This document shows positions 9,370 through 20,600 of a stretch of 64,000 nucleotides of DNA, piece by piece; the first letter of the stretch is position 1, and each line of letters starts with the position of its first letter. The notes beneath the pieces are model-generated. The model did not search any database. It worked only from the letters and a program-made list of their open reading frames with translations, and was not told the DNA's origin. Made by a program: the position numbers and the translations under genes. The stretch covers positions 1-64,000 of the forward strand of contig JAINCQ010000017.1 of the NCBI GenBank assembly GCA_036574205.1, read 5' to 3'. The stretch comes from Elusimicrobiota bacterium (GTDB taxonomy: Bacteria; Elusimicrobiota; Elusimicrobia; Elusimicrobiales; UBA9959).

Positions 9370-10260
9370 ATGAAGATTTATTTTGTTTTTGTGATATCAG
9401 TTTTTATTAATTTAAATATTTTTTCAGATGATTTTGATAAATCTTTTAATAAGATAGAAAAAAGCAATTTAAATATACCTTTTCCCAAAAAATCTATTGA
9501 AAAATACTCTGATAACAATGTCAGAGTTTTTTTTGAAAATTTATCTAATCTTTTTGGCGTAATCAGCCAACCAGATGAAATGAGATTTACTAAATCGTTT
9601 AAATCCTCGAAGGTCCTTTATAATATAAATCTTTCTCCGACGAAAGACAAATATCTATATACAAATATAACCTTTAAAACCACAAAAGGCTCTGTTGTTT
9701 ATGTAAGCATAACAAGAGCTTCAAATTGTCCTGGGGGAGGAGAGAAATGTAAAGATAGCGAAAAATTTCTTTTAACTATGACATCAAATGCTTCTACACA
9801 ATTTATAAAAATAAAAGACATAATAAATCTGAGCATATTTATGAGCGGTCATAAAAAAGTAATCATAGATGGAGATGAGTATATTGCAAAGATTTATGCT
9901 TCCGTAAATGATATAAACAAAAGTAAGATTGAAATAAAAGGTCCCCAGGGTATTGTAATAAATAAAACTCTTGGTGAGATAATGGATGTATTTGCAGGAT
10001 TTGGTGTTGGGATTAGAATTTTAAAAGAATATAAAGTGGTTTATGGCAGAAAAGTAGAATGCCTTTCTCAATGTTTTTTCTCAAATGATAACATGGTTTT
10101 TATGGTTGAATCTCCCATAAAAAAAGATTCAGCATATTATACAATAGATGAGAAGTCATGGAATGGTAAAAACTTTTATTTTAAAGATATAGGAAAAAAC
10201 TATCTTTTCAATATAAATAATGGCATTTTTACTGCTATAAAATCTGAGTCGGGAATTTAA
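9370..10260 (+). CDS. Hypothetical exported protein
   Basis: 296-aa ORF, N-terminal signal-like segment, strong RBS, two Cys pairs. Confidence 0.7.
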   Translation: MKIYFVFVISVFINLNIFSDDFDKSFNKIEKSNLNIPFPKKSIEKYSDNNVRVFFENLSNLFGVISQPDEMRFTKSFKSSKVLYNINLSPTKDKYLYTNITFKTTKGSVVYVSITRASNCPGGGEKCKDSEKFLLTMTSNASTQFIKIKDIINLSIFMSGHKKVIIDGDEYIAKIYASVNDINKSKIEIKGPQGIVINKTLGEIMDVFAGFGVGIRILKEYKVVYGRKVECLSQCFFSNDNMVFMVESPIKKDSAYYTIDEKSWNGKNFYFKDIGKNYLFNINNGIFTAIKSESGI

Positions 10261-10327
10261 TTTTTAACCTTCAAACTATTTAATAAGATTTTACATAAAA
10301 CCTGAAAAAAGGTAAAATATATCTATT

Positions 10328-10858
10328 ATGCATAAAAATTTAAGTGAGATTTTGATAAGCAAGGAGCAGATAGAGAAAAGAGTAAAAGAACTTGCAAATA
10401 AAATAAACGAAGATTACGCCGGCAAAGAGGTTTTCTTTATAGGAGTTTTAAAAGGGTGTTTTTTGTTTTTATCAGATCTGGTTAAAAACTCAAAGATAGA
10501 CACAAATGTGGATTTTATGATGATATCCTCCTATGAAGGGAAACAATCCACAGGGATAGTGAGAATATTGCTTGATTTAAAACAGCCAATAGATGGGAAG
10601 AATGTCATAATAGTGGAAGATATAGTTGATACAGGGCTTACTATAACATATCTTTTAAAGGCTTTAAAGACCAGAAAACCTAAAACACTTGAAGTTTGCA
10701 CTTTACTTAACAAGCCTTCATGTAGAAAAGTTAATGTCAATCTTAAATATGTTGGTTTTGATATACCAGACAAGTTTGTAGTTGGTTATGGTCTTGATTA
10801 TAATGAGTTATATAGAAATCTACCTTATGTTGGAGTTTTAAAAAATGAGGTTATATGA
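10328..10858 (+). CDS. hpt: Hypoxanthine phosphoribosyltransferase
   Basis: GVLKG, IVEDIVDTGLT, FVVGYGLDY, YRNLPY; hpt-ftsH synteny. Confidence 0.95.
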   Translation: MHKNLSEILISKEQIEKRVKELANKINEDYAGKEVFFIGVLKGCFLFLSDLVKNSKIDTNVDFMMISSYEGKQSTGIVRILLDLKQPIDGKNVIIVEDIVDTGLTITYLLKALKTRKPKTLEVCTLLNKPSCRKVNVNLKYVGFDIPDKFVVGYGLDYNELYRNLPYVGVLKNEVI

Positions 10859-12654
10859 AAAAAAATAATGGGTTAAAACAGGTTTTTTTATGGGTTTTGT
10901 TTTTTATCTTGATAGCAGGTATATACAACAGCATTGTGGTGCTTGATGGTGAAAAGGAAGTTCCATATTCCGTCTTTAAAAATAAATTGAAGTCAAAAGA
11001 AGTAAAAAAAGTTTATATTTCAAATGATATTATAAAAGGAGAGTTTATAGAAAATAATAAAACAGTTAAATTTAGAACTCTTCCTTTAAATGACCCCGAT
11101 CTTATAAAAGATATGGAATCAGCAGGTGTTGAAAATTATTCAGGTGTTGCTGATAGAAGCTGGATAACCACAGTATTGTTTAATATAGGGTGGATTTTAT
11201 TGTTTATACTTGCATGGTGGTTTATATTTTTCAGACAGGCAAATATTACTGGCAAACAGGCAATAAACTTTGCAAAGTCAAAGGCAAGACAAATTGATCC
11301 GAAAAAAAACAAGATAACATTTAAAGATGTAGCAGGGTGTGATGAGGCTAAAGAGGAATTAGCTGACATAGTTGATTATTTGAAAAATCCTGATAAATAT
11401 AAAACACTTGGTGGTGTTTTGCCAAAAGGTGTTTTATTATATGGAGCGCCAGGAACTGGAAAAACTTTGCTTGCAAAAGCAGTTGCTGGTGAAGCGGGAG
11501 TAAGTTTTTTTAGCGCCAGTGGTTCAGAGTTTGTTGAAATGTTTGTTGGAGTTGGCGCTGCAAGAGTTAGGGACCTTTTTGAAAGAGCAAAAAAGAATGC
11601 ACCTGCTATAATTTTTGTGGATGAACTTGATGCTGTGGGCAGAAGCAGGTTTGCTGGAATAGGTGGTGGACATGATGAAAGGGAGCAAACCTTAAATCAG
11701 CTTCTAATAGAACTTGATGGTTTTGAAACAAAAGAAGGGATAATCTTAATAGCGGCGACAAATAGACCTGATGTGCTTGACCCTGCGCTTTTAAGGCCCG
11801 GAAGATTTGACAGGAGAATAAATATTCCAGTGCCTGATATAAAAGGCAGGCTTGAAATTTTGAATATTCATGCTAAAAAAATAAAATTATCACAATCTGT
11901 AGATATGAATATAGTGGCGCAAAGAACCCCGGGTTTTGTAGGTTCGGATCTGGCAAATATAATAAATGAGTCTGCCATAATAGCGGCAAGGAAAGGTAAA
12001 AAGGAAGTAGAATTTTCTGATATTGAAGAAGCGATAGAAAAAACCATAGCAGGTCCACAGAGAAAAAGCAGGGTAATATCTGAAAAAGAGAAAAGGATAA
12101 TAGCATATCACGAAGCAGGACACGCGCTTGTTGCAAAGCTTTTAAAAAATTCAGACCCTGTCCATAAAATATCTATAATTCCAAGAGGCCCGGCTCTTGG
12201 TTATACTTTGCAGCTCCCTGAGGAAGATAAATATCTTACATCTAAGAGTGAAATACTTTCAAAGCTTTCAGTCCTTTTGGCTGGTAGAGCAAGCGAGGAG
12301 GTTGTTTTTGGCGAGATAACAACTGGAGCTGGGGATGATCTTTCCAAAGCTACAAGCTACGCGCAGAAGATGATTATGGAATTTGGAATGAGCGAAAAGA
12401 TAGGACCTCTTTCGCTTAGAAAGGATGAACATGAGGTTTTTCTTGGAAGGGATATAGTCAAACAGCACTTATATTCCAATGAAACTGCAAAGAATATAGA
12501 TGATGAGATCAAAAGGATTATTAACGATTGTTATTTTAAAGCTAAAAATTTAATTATTGAAAATAAAATATTGCTTGATAAAATAGTTGACAGACTTATT
12601 GAAAGTGAAACCATAGATGGGAAAGAGCTTGATCTTATAGTAAATGGGGCTTAA
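10855..12654 (+). CDS. ftsH: ATP-dependent zinc metalloprotease FtsH
   Basis: Two N-terminal TMs, [26 protein letters not shown]. Confidence 0.97.
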   Translation: MKKNNGLKQVFLWVLFFILIAGIYNSIVVLDGEKEVPYSVFKNKLKSKEVKKVYISNDIIKGEFIENNKTVKFRTLPLNDPDLIKDMESAGVENYSGVADRSWITTVLFNIGWILLFILAWWFIFFRQANITGKQAINFAKSKARQIDPKKNKITFKDVAGCDEAKEELADIVDYLKNPDKYKTLGGVLPKGVLLYGAPGTGKTLLAKAVAGEAGVSFFSASGSEFVEMFVGVGAARVRDLFERAKKNAPAIIFVDELDAVGRSRFAGIGGGHDEREQTLNQLLIELDGFETKEGIILIAATNRPDVLDPALLRPGRFDRRINIPVPDIKGRLEILNIHAKKIKLSQSVDMNIVAQRTPGFVGSDLANIINESAIIAARKGKKEVEFSDIEEAIEKTIAGPQRKSRVISEKEKRIIAYHEAGHALVAKLLKNSDPVHKISIIPRGPALGYTLQLPEEDKYLTSKSEILSKLSVLLAGRASEEVVFGEITTGAGDDLSKATSYAQKMIMEFGMSEKIGPLSLRKDEHEVFLGRDIVKQHLYSNETAKNIDDEIKRIINDCYFKAKNLIIENKILLDKIVDRLIESETIDGKELDLIVNGA

Positions 12655-12664
12655 AAGCTAAAAG

Positions 12665-13450
12665 ATGATTAAACCGGTTTTATATATAAAAGACATTATT
12701 GATATTCTCATAGTTTATTATATAATATACAGGCTTATACTTATACTTAAAGGGACTAAAGCCCTTCATATGCTTGGCGGAGTTTTTTTGCTTGCCATAA
12801 TAACTTTCTTATCCAGGTTTGCAAGGCTTGATGCGACATTCTGGCTTCTTCAGAAATTCTGGCTGGCTGGTATAATATTATTGATAGTTGTTTTTCAACC
12901 TGAGATAAGAAATGCTCTTGCAAATATCGGATCAAATCCTTTTGGAAGAATTTTTGTCCCTTCTGAATATAAATTCATAGCAGAAATAATTTCCGCTGTT
13001 AAAGTTGCTATGAGTGAAAAAAAAGGAATGCTTATAGTTCTTGAACAGGATATGGGATTAAGAGAATATATAGAAAGCGGAGTAATTGTAAATTCTGAGG
13101 TTTCAAAGGAACTTCTTTTAACCATATTTCACCATAACACCCCTCTTCACGATGGCGCTGTTATTATTTCATCTAACAGACTTATAGCGGCAGCCTGTCA
13201 GCTTCCTCTTACTGAAAGACAGGATATGTCCCCGATACTTGGAATGAGACATAGAGCTGCTATTGGAATAACTGAGGTTACAGATGCCATAGCTGTTGTT
13301 GTTTCTGAAGAGACTGGTGATATGTCAGTTGCAAGAAATGGAGTGCTTATGAGAAAAGTAAAACCGGAGGAAGTTGAAAGGGATCTTTTAAATCTTTATA
13401 AATCTAAAATCCAAAAAACTGTTTTTAGGAAAAATAACAGAGGTGTATGA
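12665..13450 (+). CDS. dacA: Diadenylate cyclase CdaA/DacA
   Basis: Three N-terminal TMs, FQPEIR, LHDGA, GMRHRAA, VSEETG. Confidence 0.93.
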   Translation: MIKPVLYIKDIIDILIVYYIIYRLILILKGTKALHMLGGVFLLAIITFLSRFARLDATFWLLQKFWLAGIILLIVVFQPEIRNALANIGSNPFGRIFVPSEYKFIAEIISAVKVAMSEKKGMLIVLEQDMGLREYIESGVIVNSEVSKELLLTIFHHNTPLHDGAVIISSNRLIAAACQLPLTERQDMSPILGMRHRAAIGITEVTDAIAVVVSEETGDMSVARNGVLMRKVKPEEVERDLLNLYKSKIQKTVFRKNNRGV

Positions 13451-13533
13451 AAAAATATATACTGGAAAACTGGCAGATAAAAATAATATCTCTGGTTATA
13501 GCGCTTATAGTCTGGTATATATCTAAAAGATAA
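13447..13533 (+). CDS. 28-aa peptide resembling the N-terminal TM anchor of CdaR/YbbR (not in ORF track)
   Basis: MKKYILENWQIKIISLVIALIVWYISKR*; ATGA overlap with the dacA stop, GAGGT RBS, next gene starts 1 nt after its stop. Confidence 0.7.
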   Translation: MKKYILENWQIKIISLVIALIVWYISKR

Positions 13534-13534
13534 G

Positions 13535-14203
13535 ATGAAATATGTATTATATTTTATTCTAATTGTCTTTATATGTCTTGTTTTTATGAATTTTCCGGGC
13601 ATTTTGATAAGAAATGAATATTCCTGTCCAGGTTCTGGATTGAGTTTTCATTATAGTAAAGCTGAAAATTTTGAAAAAATATGCGATTTATTTGCAGTAT
13701 TTTGCGAAAAAATTCCTTTTGCGCAAACTAATAAATTTGCTAAATTTTACCTTGCTGATTCTATATTTAAATATAAGATTTTTTCTTATTTCAGTTCAGC
13801 TAATTCTTATCCAAATTTTATTTCGAGATATGTTATCCTATCCCCTGCTGATTTTGAAAAAAAAGAATTTAAAGGAAAAGACTTAAATTATGATTTTGAT
13901 GAGGAGATTTTAAAATCTTTAATTTATTCCTGCTTGCTTTTTGAGAAAACATCTATTGAGTTTTTATCAATAGCCCGGTGGAAGGTTATTGGTTATTCTA
14001 AGTATGCTCTTTCAAATCCTCAGAAATTTTCTGATTTAGATGTCTGCGAAAATAAAGGTGGAGAAGGATATAAAGAATATGAAAATATGTTTGTGACAAG
14101 ATATCTTTTTGAGGAAATGAAATATAATCCACTGGCTTTTTTCAATGATAATATTTCATACGAGGTTTATCTTAAAGAAGCAAAATTGAGATATTGCAGA
14201 TAA
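13535..14203 (+). CDS. Hypothetical protein with N-terminal TM/signal
   Basis: 222-aa ORF in operon context. Confidence 0.6.
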   Translation: MKYVLYFILIVFICLVFMNFPGILIRNEYSCPGSGLSFHYSKAENFEKICDLFAVFCEKIPFAQTNKFAKFYLADSIFKYKIFSYFSSANSYPNFISRYVILSPADFEKKEFKGKDLNYDFDEEILKSLIYSCLLFEKTSIEFLSIARWKVIGYSKYALSNPQKFSDLDVCENKGGEGYKEYENMFVTRYLFEEMKYNPLAFFNDNISYEVYLKEAKLRYCR

Positions 14204-14217
14204 AAGGAGGAACTATT

Positions 14218-15414
14218 ATGATGAGCAAAGAACAACTGGAAAAGTATGCAGATGTATTGGTATGGGGGCTTAAAACGGCAAATCCTCATCTAAAACCATA
14301 TGACACTATTCTTTTAAGATTTGATTTAAGCGGACTTCCTCTTGCCGAGATTGTTTATTCAAAATTAATAAGACAAAAATATAATGTGGTTTTTAGAATG
14401 ATATCCACAGCTGATATGGAAAGAAACTTTTATCTATACTCAGATGCTAAGCAGCGAAAATTTATTCCTTGCGGGGAAAAGGAATTTTTTAGTTCTTTAA
14501 ATGGCAATATATATATATCTGCGCCATCATCTCTTACTCATCTTAAAGGTATTGATTCCAGAAAGCAAAGCGAAGTGGCTAAAGCAAAGAAGTTTTTAAG
14601 AGATATAATGGAGAAAAGAGAAACCAGGGGGCTTTTTGGCTGGACATTATGCACTTATCCAACGGAAGAGCTTGCAAGACATGCTCGACTTTCGCTTAAA
14701 GATTATACTGAACAGATAATAAAAGCATGCTTTATAAATGAGAAAAATCCAGTAAAAAAATGGGAAGAGGTTTTCAAGAATATTTCTGAGATTAAAAAAT
14801 GGCTTAACTCAATGGGGATAGAGGATGTTAATATTTTATCTCCAAATATAGATATAAACATAAAGATAGGGGAAAAAAGAAAATTTCTTGGAGGTAGTGG
14901 CCACAACATTCCATCTTTTGAAATATTCACATCCCCTGATGCAAGATATACAAACGGAAAATATTTTGCAAATCTTCCAACTTATAGAGGTGGAAACTAT
15001 ATAGAAAATATAAAACTGGAATTTAAAAATGGAAAGGCTGTAAAGATAAGCGCTGTTAATGGACAGGAATATCTTGTCAAAACAATGAATACAGATGAGG
15101 GATCAAAAATGATTGGAGAGTTTTCCTTAACTGATTCAAGATTTTCTAAAATAGATAAATTTATGGCTGATATACTTTTTGATGAAAATTACGGTGGTAA
15201 ATATGGAAATTGTCATATAGCCATCGGTTCTTCTTATATAGATACCTATGATGGAAATGCCACAAAACTTTCTCAAAAAAATAAAAAAGCTCTTGGTTTT
15301 AATATTTCAGCAATTCACTGGGACCTTATAAACACTGAAGATAAAGTTGTAAAGGCTAAAGTTAAAGGTGGTAAATGGATAACAATATACGAGAGCGGAA
15401 AATTCAAGTTTTAG
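14218..15414 (+). CDS. Aminopeptidase, M29 (AmpS/PepS/AmpT) family
   Basis: NIPSFEIFTSP, IGEFSL, ILFDEN, HIAIGSSY, SAIHWDLI; start moved to ATG after AAGGAGG. Confidence 0.88.
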   Translation: MMSKEQLEKYADVLVWGLKTANPHLKPYDTILLRFDLSGLPLAEIVYSKLIRQKYNVVFRMISTADMERNFYLYSDAKQRKFIPCGEKEFFSSLNGNIYISAPSSLTHLKGIDSRKQSEVAKAKKFLRDIMEKRETRGLFGWTLCTYPTEELARHARLSLKDYTEQIIKACFINEKNPVKKWEEVFKNISEIKKWLNSMGIEDVNILSPNIDINIKIGEKRKFLGGSGHNIPSFEIFTSPDARYTNGKYFANLPTYRGGNYIENIKLEFKNGKAVKISAVNGQEYLVKTMNTDEGSKMIGEFSLTDSRFSKIDKFMADILFDENYGGKYGNCHIAIGSSYIDTYDGNATKLSQKNKKALGFNISAIHWDLINTEDKVVKAKVKGGKWITIYESGKFKF

Positions 15415-15433
15415 TTTTTAAAAATCTTTAAAA

Positions 15434-16702
15434 ATGGAAAATATAAAAATTTCAGTAAAGGATATTTCGCTTTTTGACTATCTTTTTAAGACTGAAAGGG
15501 GTAAGAAAAACGGTTTAGCTGTAATTATAGCAGGTTTTTCCGCAATGTTTTGTTTTATGGGATATGAATTATTTCGTACAAGTTCAGAGTCTATTTTTCT
15601 TTCTGTTTTTGATTCAACTCAAAAAGTATATGCTCTTGGTGCAACCCCATTTCTTCTTTTTGCTCTGATATATTTATATGGTTTTTCATTATCAAAATTT
15701 GGTAGCAGAAATACAATGCTTTTATATTTTACTTTTTCTTTTATCTCTAATATTTTCCTTTATTTTTTTGTTTCAAAAAAATATATCTGGGCGGCTTTTT
15801 TAATTCTTGTTTTTAAAGAGGCTTATGTAGTTGTTCTATCGGAGATGTACTGGTCTTATATAAATAGTATTCTAAAAAGTTATGAAGCAAAACTTTTAAA
15901 TGGTCCTGTTGCCGGGCTTGGAGCTTGTGGGTCTCTTATAGGAGGATATTTCGTATCAAAATACGCTGTTATGTTAACAACGGAAAAAATTTTTCTTATT
16001 TCATCTTTTATTTTGATTCCTTCCGCTGTTTTATTCTTTTTTTCCTATAAAACCGGCGGAGAGCCTGTGGTTGATAAATCTGAGGCGGGCGGGAAAAAAG
16101 GTCATATTCATATTTCACTTCTTTTTGAAAATAAAATAGTTCTTTTAATAGCTATTGTCGTTTTTATAGCGCAGGTTGTTTCGACATTAAGCGACTTAAA
16201 TTTTACTTATTATCTTAGTAAGGAGATTTCACAAAAAGACTTAAGAACCGCATATCTTGGAGCGTTCTGGACAAAGACAAATATAATTTCATTTACAATG
16301 CAGTTTTTAATAACACCTTTTGTTCTTAAAAGATTTAATGTCAAATATGTTCTGGTTATAATACCGTTATTTCATCTTGTCACCTCTGCTTATTCTTTAT
16401 TTTATCCATCTCTTTTATCAGCTTCAATTATATTTATGATTTTTAAATCTATGGATTATTCCATTTATCGCGCTTCCAAGGAAATACTTTATATACCATT
16501 TTCTTATGATACAAGATATAGAATAAAACAAGTGGTTGATGCTTTCATCTATAGATTTTCAAAAGGTTTTATATCAATAATTTTATCGCTAATTGCAAGG
16601 TTTTCTTTTTCTTACATTGCTTACCTCATACCTTCTATAATGTTTTTCTCAGGTGTCTGGTCATATGTAGCAACGAAATTTAAAGTTAAAGAGATTCAAT
16701 AA
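15434..16702 (+). CDS. Npt/TLC-family (ATP/ADP translocase-like) MFS transporter
   Basis: About 12 TMs; YELFRTSSESIF, YWSYIN, KSMDYSIYRASKEILYIP, RYRIKQVVDAFIYR. Confidence 0.75.
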   Translation: MENIKISVKDISLFDYLFKTERGKKNGLAVIIAGFSAMFCFMGYELFRTSSESIFLSVFDSTQKVYALGATPFLLFALIYLYGFSLSKFGSRNTMLLYFTFSFISNIFLYFFVSKKYIWAAFLILVFKEAYVVVLSEMYWSYINSILKSYEAKLLNGPVAGLGACGSLIGGYFVSKYAVMLTTEKIFLISSFILIPSAVLFFFSYKTGGEPVVDKSEAGGKKGHIHISLLFENKIVLLIAIVVFIAQVVSTLSDLNFTYYLSKEISQKDLRTAYLGAFWTKTNIISFTMQFLITPFVLKRFNVKYVLVIIPLFHLVTSAYSLFYPSLLSASIIFMIFKSMDYSIYRASKEILYIPFSYDTRYRIKQVVDAFIYRFSKGFISIILSLIARFSFSYIAYLIPSIMFFSGVWSYVATKFKVKEIQ

Positions 16703-17649
16703 TTTAAAGATAAAGAAATTCTGTGAACATTACCAAGATCGCCAAAAGGTGAGAAAGAATAATCAAGGCTATATTCCCAGTGCTTTAAACCAAAACCAAA
16801 ACTTATTCCTCTTAGCCCTTCTAAATCAGATATATTGCTTGTATTAGCCCCTCCCCTAAAGAAAATATTAGTTCTTTTATTTATAGATATAGATGTTTCA
16901 ATTCCAATAGCCCAGTAAAGGAATCTATCTTCAGGAAGTATTATATCAGAGGTTATTGTTAAATTTTTTCCAAGAAATATACTGCTTCCAATCTTTATTA
17001 TTTTTGTTATATTATAGTTTTCTTTATCCATTTTTATACTGCCGATAATGTTTTGAAATACCATTGAAATCAAAAGCCTTCTGTCAAACAAATACGGAAA
17101 AAATAGGCCAATATCTGCAGATAGTGTGGTTGCGGATGAGTCTATTTCCTGACGTATAAATTTTCCTATGCCACCGAAAACAATTCTATCTTCTGGATCT
17201 TTTGTCATTCCTCCAAGATATCCAGCAAATCCTATTTCAAAAACAAGTTCATTTGGATTTATTGTTCCTATATTATTGGCATAGTCGTCTGTTTTATCAA
17301 TGTCTCCCCATTTTAAATATTTAACTCCCAGACCAAAAACCCCGGTATTTTTTGAAAGATTTTTTGCGTATGATATATGGCCACAATAAATATCTTCAAA
17401 AAATTTATTATAGGAGAAATAAAAAGATGTTTTTTTCACTTTAATAAGCCCTGCAGGGTTTATATCTATGGCTGACGAATCATATATAGCAGAAGCACAT
17501 GCCCCTCCCATAGCTGCGCATTTTGGATTGATATCAAGTCTTAAAATCGATGCCGATGTAGTGCCATAAGATGAATTATCAAAAGCAGAGTGTAAGTGTA
17601 AGGTAAGGAAATTAAAAAGTATTATATAAATTAAAAATTTTGTTTTCAT
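16696..17649 (-). CDS. PorV/PorQ-family (UPF0164) outer-membrane beta-barrel
   Basis: Signal peptide, AAMGGA, INPAGL, C-terminal LDYSFSPFGDLGNVHRISLSLNY. Confidence 0.8.
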   Translation of the reverse strand: MKTKFLIYIILFNFLTLHLHSAFDNSSYGTTSASILRLDINPKCAAMGGACASAIYDSSAIDINPAGLIKVKKTSFYFSYNKFFEDIYCGHISYAKNLSKNTGVFGLGVKYLKWGDIDKTDDYANNIGTINPNELVFEIGFAGYLGGMTKDPEDRIVFGGIGKFIRQEIDSSATTLSADIGLFFPYLFDRRLLISMVFQNIIGSIKMDKENYNITKIIKIGSSIFLGKNLTITSDIILPEDRFLYWAIGIETSISINKRTNIFFRGGANTSNISDLEGLRGISFGFGLKHWEYSLDYSFSPFGDLGNVHRISLSLNY

Positions 17650-20600
17650 TTTTCTATTGCTATCTTTTTTATAACCTTTTTCCCGTCCTTTTTAAAAATT
17701 GCAAGATAGACTCCGCTTGCTATATCCCTTCCGCTTGAATTTTTTGCATCCCACTGGACGAATCCTTTTTCATCTGACTTTAGTTTCTTTACCAGCTCAC
17801 CGGTAATTGTGTATATGTATATATCAGTGTTTGCTGGCATATTTGAAAAATTCAACTTTCCAAGATTAGTGTTTGGTTTATAGGGGTTTGGGTAAATCTT
17901 TACTTCACTCAAACTTTTTGATGCTTCAAATTGCATTATCTGAAATATAGAAAAGTGATATGTTTCCCCAATAACATAATTATTTTCAAGATATGATTTT
18001 AAAGGGACCCATAGCTTTTCATCTTCATCATATCTTGCCATTACAAGTTTATTTTTATCCATATATGGAGGAAGATTTGTGTATGGTATTTTAACCTTTA
18101 TAACTCCATTGTATAGAACTATAGGAAATATATAAATTTTTGCCGCAAATCCTGTCGGGATAAGGTTTCCAGCTTTTGATATAGGTGGAGGTGGGTTTGA
18201 ATCTGGTTCTATGAACAATTTTGTTACACTTCCAAGTGAATAGGGTGGAATTTCTACTTCTATTGAGCCGTATGAATAAGGTATTGAAACAATCTGGTTT
18301 GTTTTATTATTTATAATTTGTTCCTGTCTATAAAGCGTTGATACCGAGCCAAGTTCCTGATAATCGCTTTCATTATTTTCTATTATTCCTTTCGCCTTAA
18401 TCCTTATATAATATTGCGTATTATAATTAAGTTCTGGAAAAACAAAAGTTGTCATGTTAGTTTGAGTTGAACGAAATATATATGAAAAATCGCTATGGGT
18501 AGAAGCTTCAACTATATATATTGTATGAGTGGAATTAGTGTTATTGTCCCACTGCGCTGTAAATCCATCAAGTAAAACATTTATAAAAGTGGGAGTTGTT
18601 ATTTTAGGAATTTCAACGTATGTGGTTGATAGACTTCTTTCATATTCAGATGGCATACCAGAAAAATTTAAAGCCGATATCCTTAGACAATAAACAGTAT
18701 TGGCATTGAGGTTATAAAATGTTGCAGTTTTTTGAAGGGTATATGAGGATATTACTGAATCTATAAAGCAGGTTGAGGATATTTCAGCAAGATATGGAGT
18801 TTGATCGGCGTTGTTTGGGTCATCCCAATTTATTTCTATTGTATGGGTTGAAGAAATAAAAGTTAAATTTATTGGTTTAAAAGCTAATGTTGCTATTGGT
18901 TGGAATGATATTGGCCCGGTTGGTATTGAGTTTCTATTTATAGCTGTTATTCTTTTATAATAGGTAGTGTTTGATTGTAGATTATCAAAATAAGCATAGT
19001 TATTTGTAGTTTGAGATGAATGTATTTGCCCATCGGTAAAATTTGTTGAGGAGATTTCAATAAGATAAATGGTATCATCTGGATTTAATGAGGGGTTCCA
19101 GTTTATTTGCATAGAATGAGTTGTATGGTTTGTAAGTGGGGTTTCTGTTGGGTAATTAGCAAGTGTAGAAGTAGTTCCAACAAAAACATAATTTTTTTCG
19201 TTAGAAGAGTTTATGCTTCCAACTCTCAAATAATAGCTTGTGTTGGGGGTAAGACCTGAAACTGAAAGAGTTGATATTTGAGAAGACATAACTGTAGATG
19301 AAAAAATCAAAGAAAAATCTGTTGATGTGGATGCTTCAAGGCAATATCCAACGGTAGTCGCTGTTCCCCACACAACAGTTATGCTTGATATATTAACTTT
19401 ATCAATTGATGGGTTTATAGGCGGGGGTGTGAGTGTCCTTATTGGAAAGGGGGTGGCTAATTTATATACTGTTGCTCCTTCAAATAGAGATCCAAGCCGA
19501 ACATAATAAACAGTATCTATTAAAATAGGAGATATGGTAATAGTTGTTATTTCATTTGAGTAAACAGTTGATGAATAAGATATATTTTGAAAGAACTCTG
19601 ATGTGCTTAATTCAACTACATATCCGTCGGCATCGTTGGTGGAGTAGAATACAGACAATGTATTGCTTGAATAATATGTAATGGAGACATTTGGAGATAT
19701 TTCTGGTATGGGTGTTAAAACCTGGCTTGTTTGTGAATAGTTTGGAACCCCCATTCTATTAAAAGTTGCAAGCCTTAAATAATATGTGGTATTTGGTCTC
19801 AATCCCTCTATTAATAAAGTTGTTGCATCTGGATTTGAGGTGAAACTTGAATAAATAATCCCACCTTCAAAGTTGGTAGTTGAGGCATCCAATTGGTATC
19901 CATATGATTTAAGATACTCTACATCTTTTGGTTGGTTTGGAAAGGTTGCTTTTATTGATTTTGGGGTTAGGGTATACAAAATAAGAGTTGAATCTATTGG
20001 AACGCTTAGTGTAGTTGTTGTTAGAGTTTGTGAATAATTTGGTTCGTTGTAGAAATTAAGCGCCCCAACTCTAAAATAGTATGTTGTGTTTGCCTCAAGG
20101 GAGTTTATAGAAAGTGTTGATATGGTGATATCTGATGTTGAGGATGAAGTTGTGATGGTAAAATCAGGATCTGTTGAAGCCTCAAGTCTATATCCCTTTG
20201 CAGTTTCAGAGGGGGGAGAGGGAGGAAATGGATCCCATCTGAATTTAGCCGATGAGGATGAGAAATTTATTAAAGAAAAATTAGATGGTTTTGATGTTAA
20301 GGTATATATTACTCCTATTTTTTGGTTTGGAACTCCTATGGAATTTAAGACAGAAAATTTATAATAATAAATTGTGTTCTTTATTAAATCAGTAGAAGAA
20401 TATTCGTCTGTGGAATTGTTATTTGTTGTCCAGGAATCTATTATTGTATCAAAATTATCTTTATTTGAAATCTCAAGAGAATATCCTGCTGAAGAATTTT
20501 CATTCAATCCATTTATTGCAGACCATTTAAAGGTGACGCTTGTCTCATATACCTGTGGATAGAATGCATCTGGAAATCTTGTTATTGTCTGTGTTGAAAA

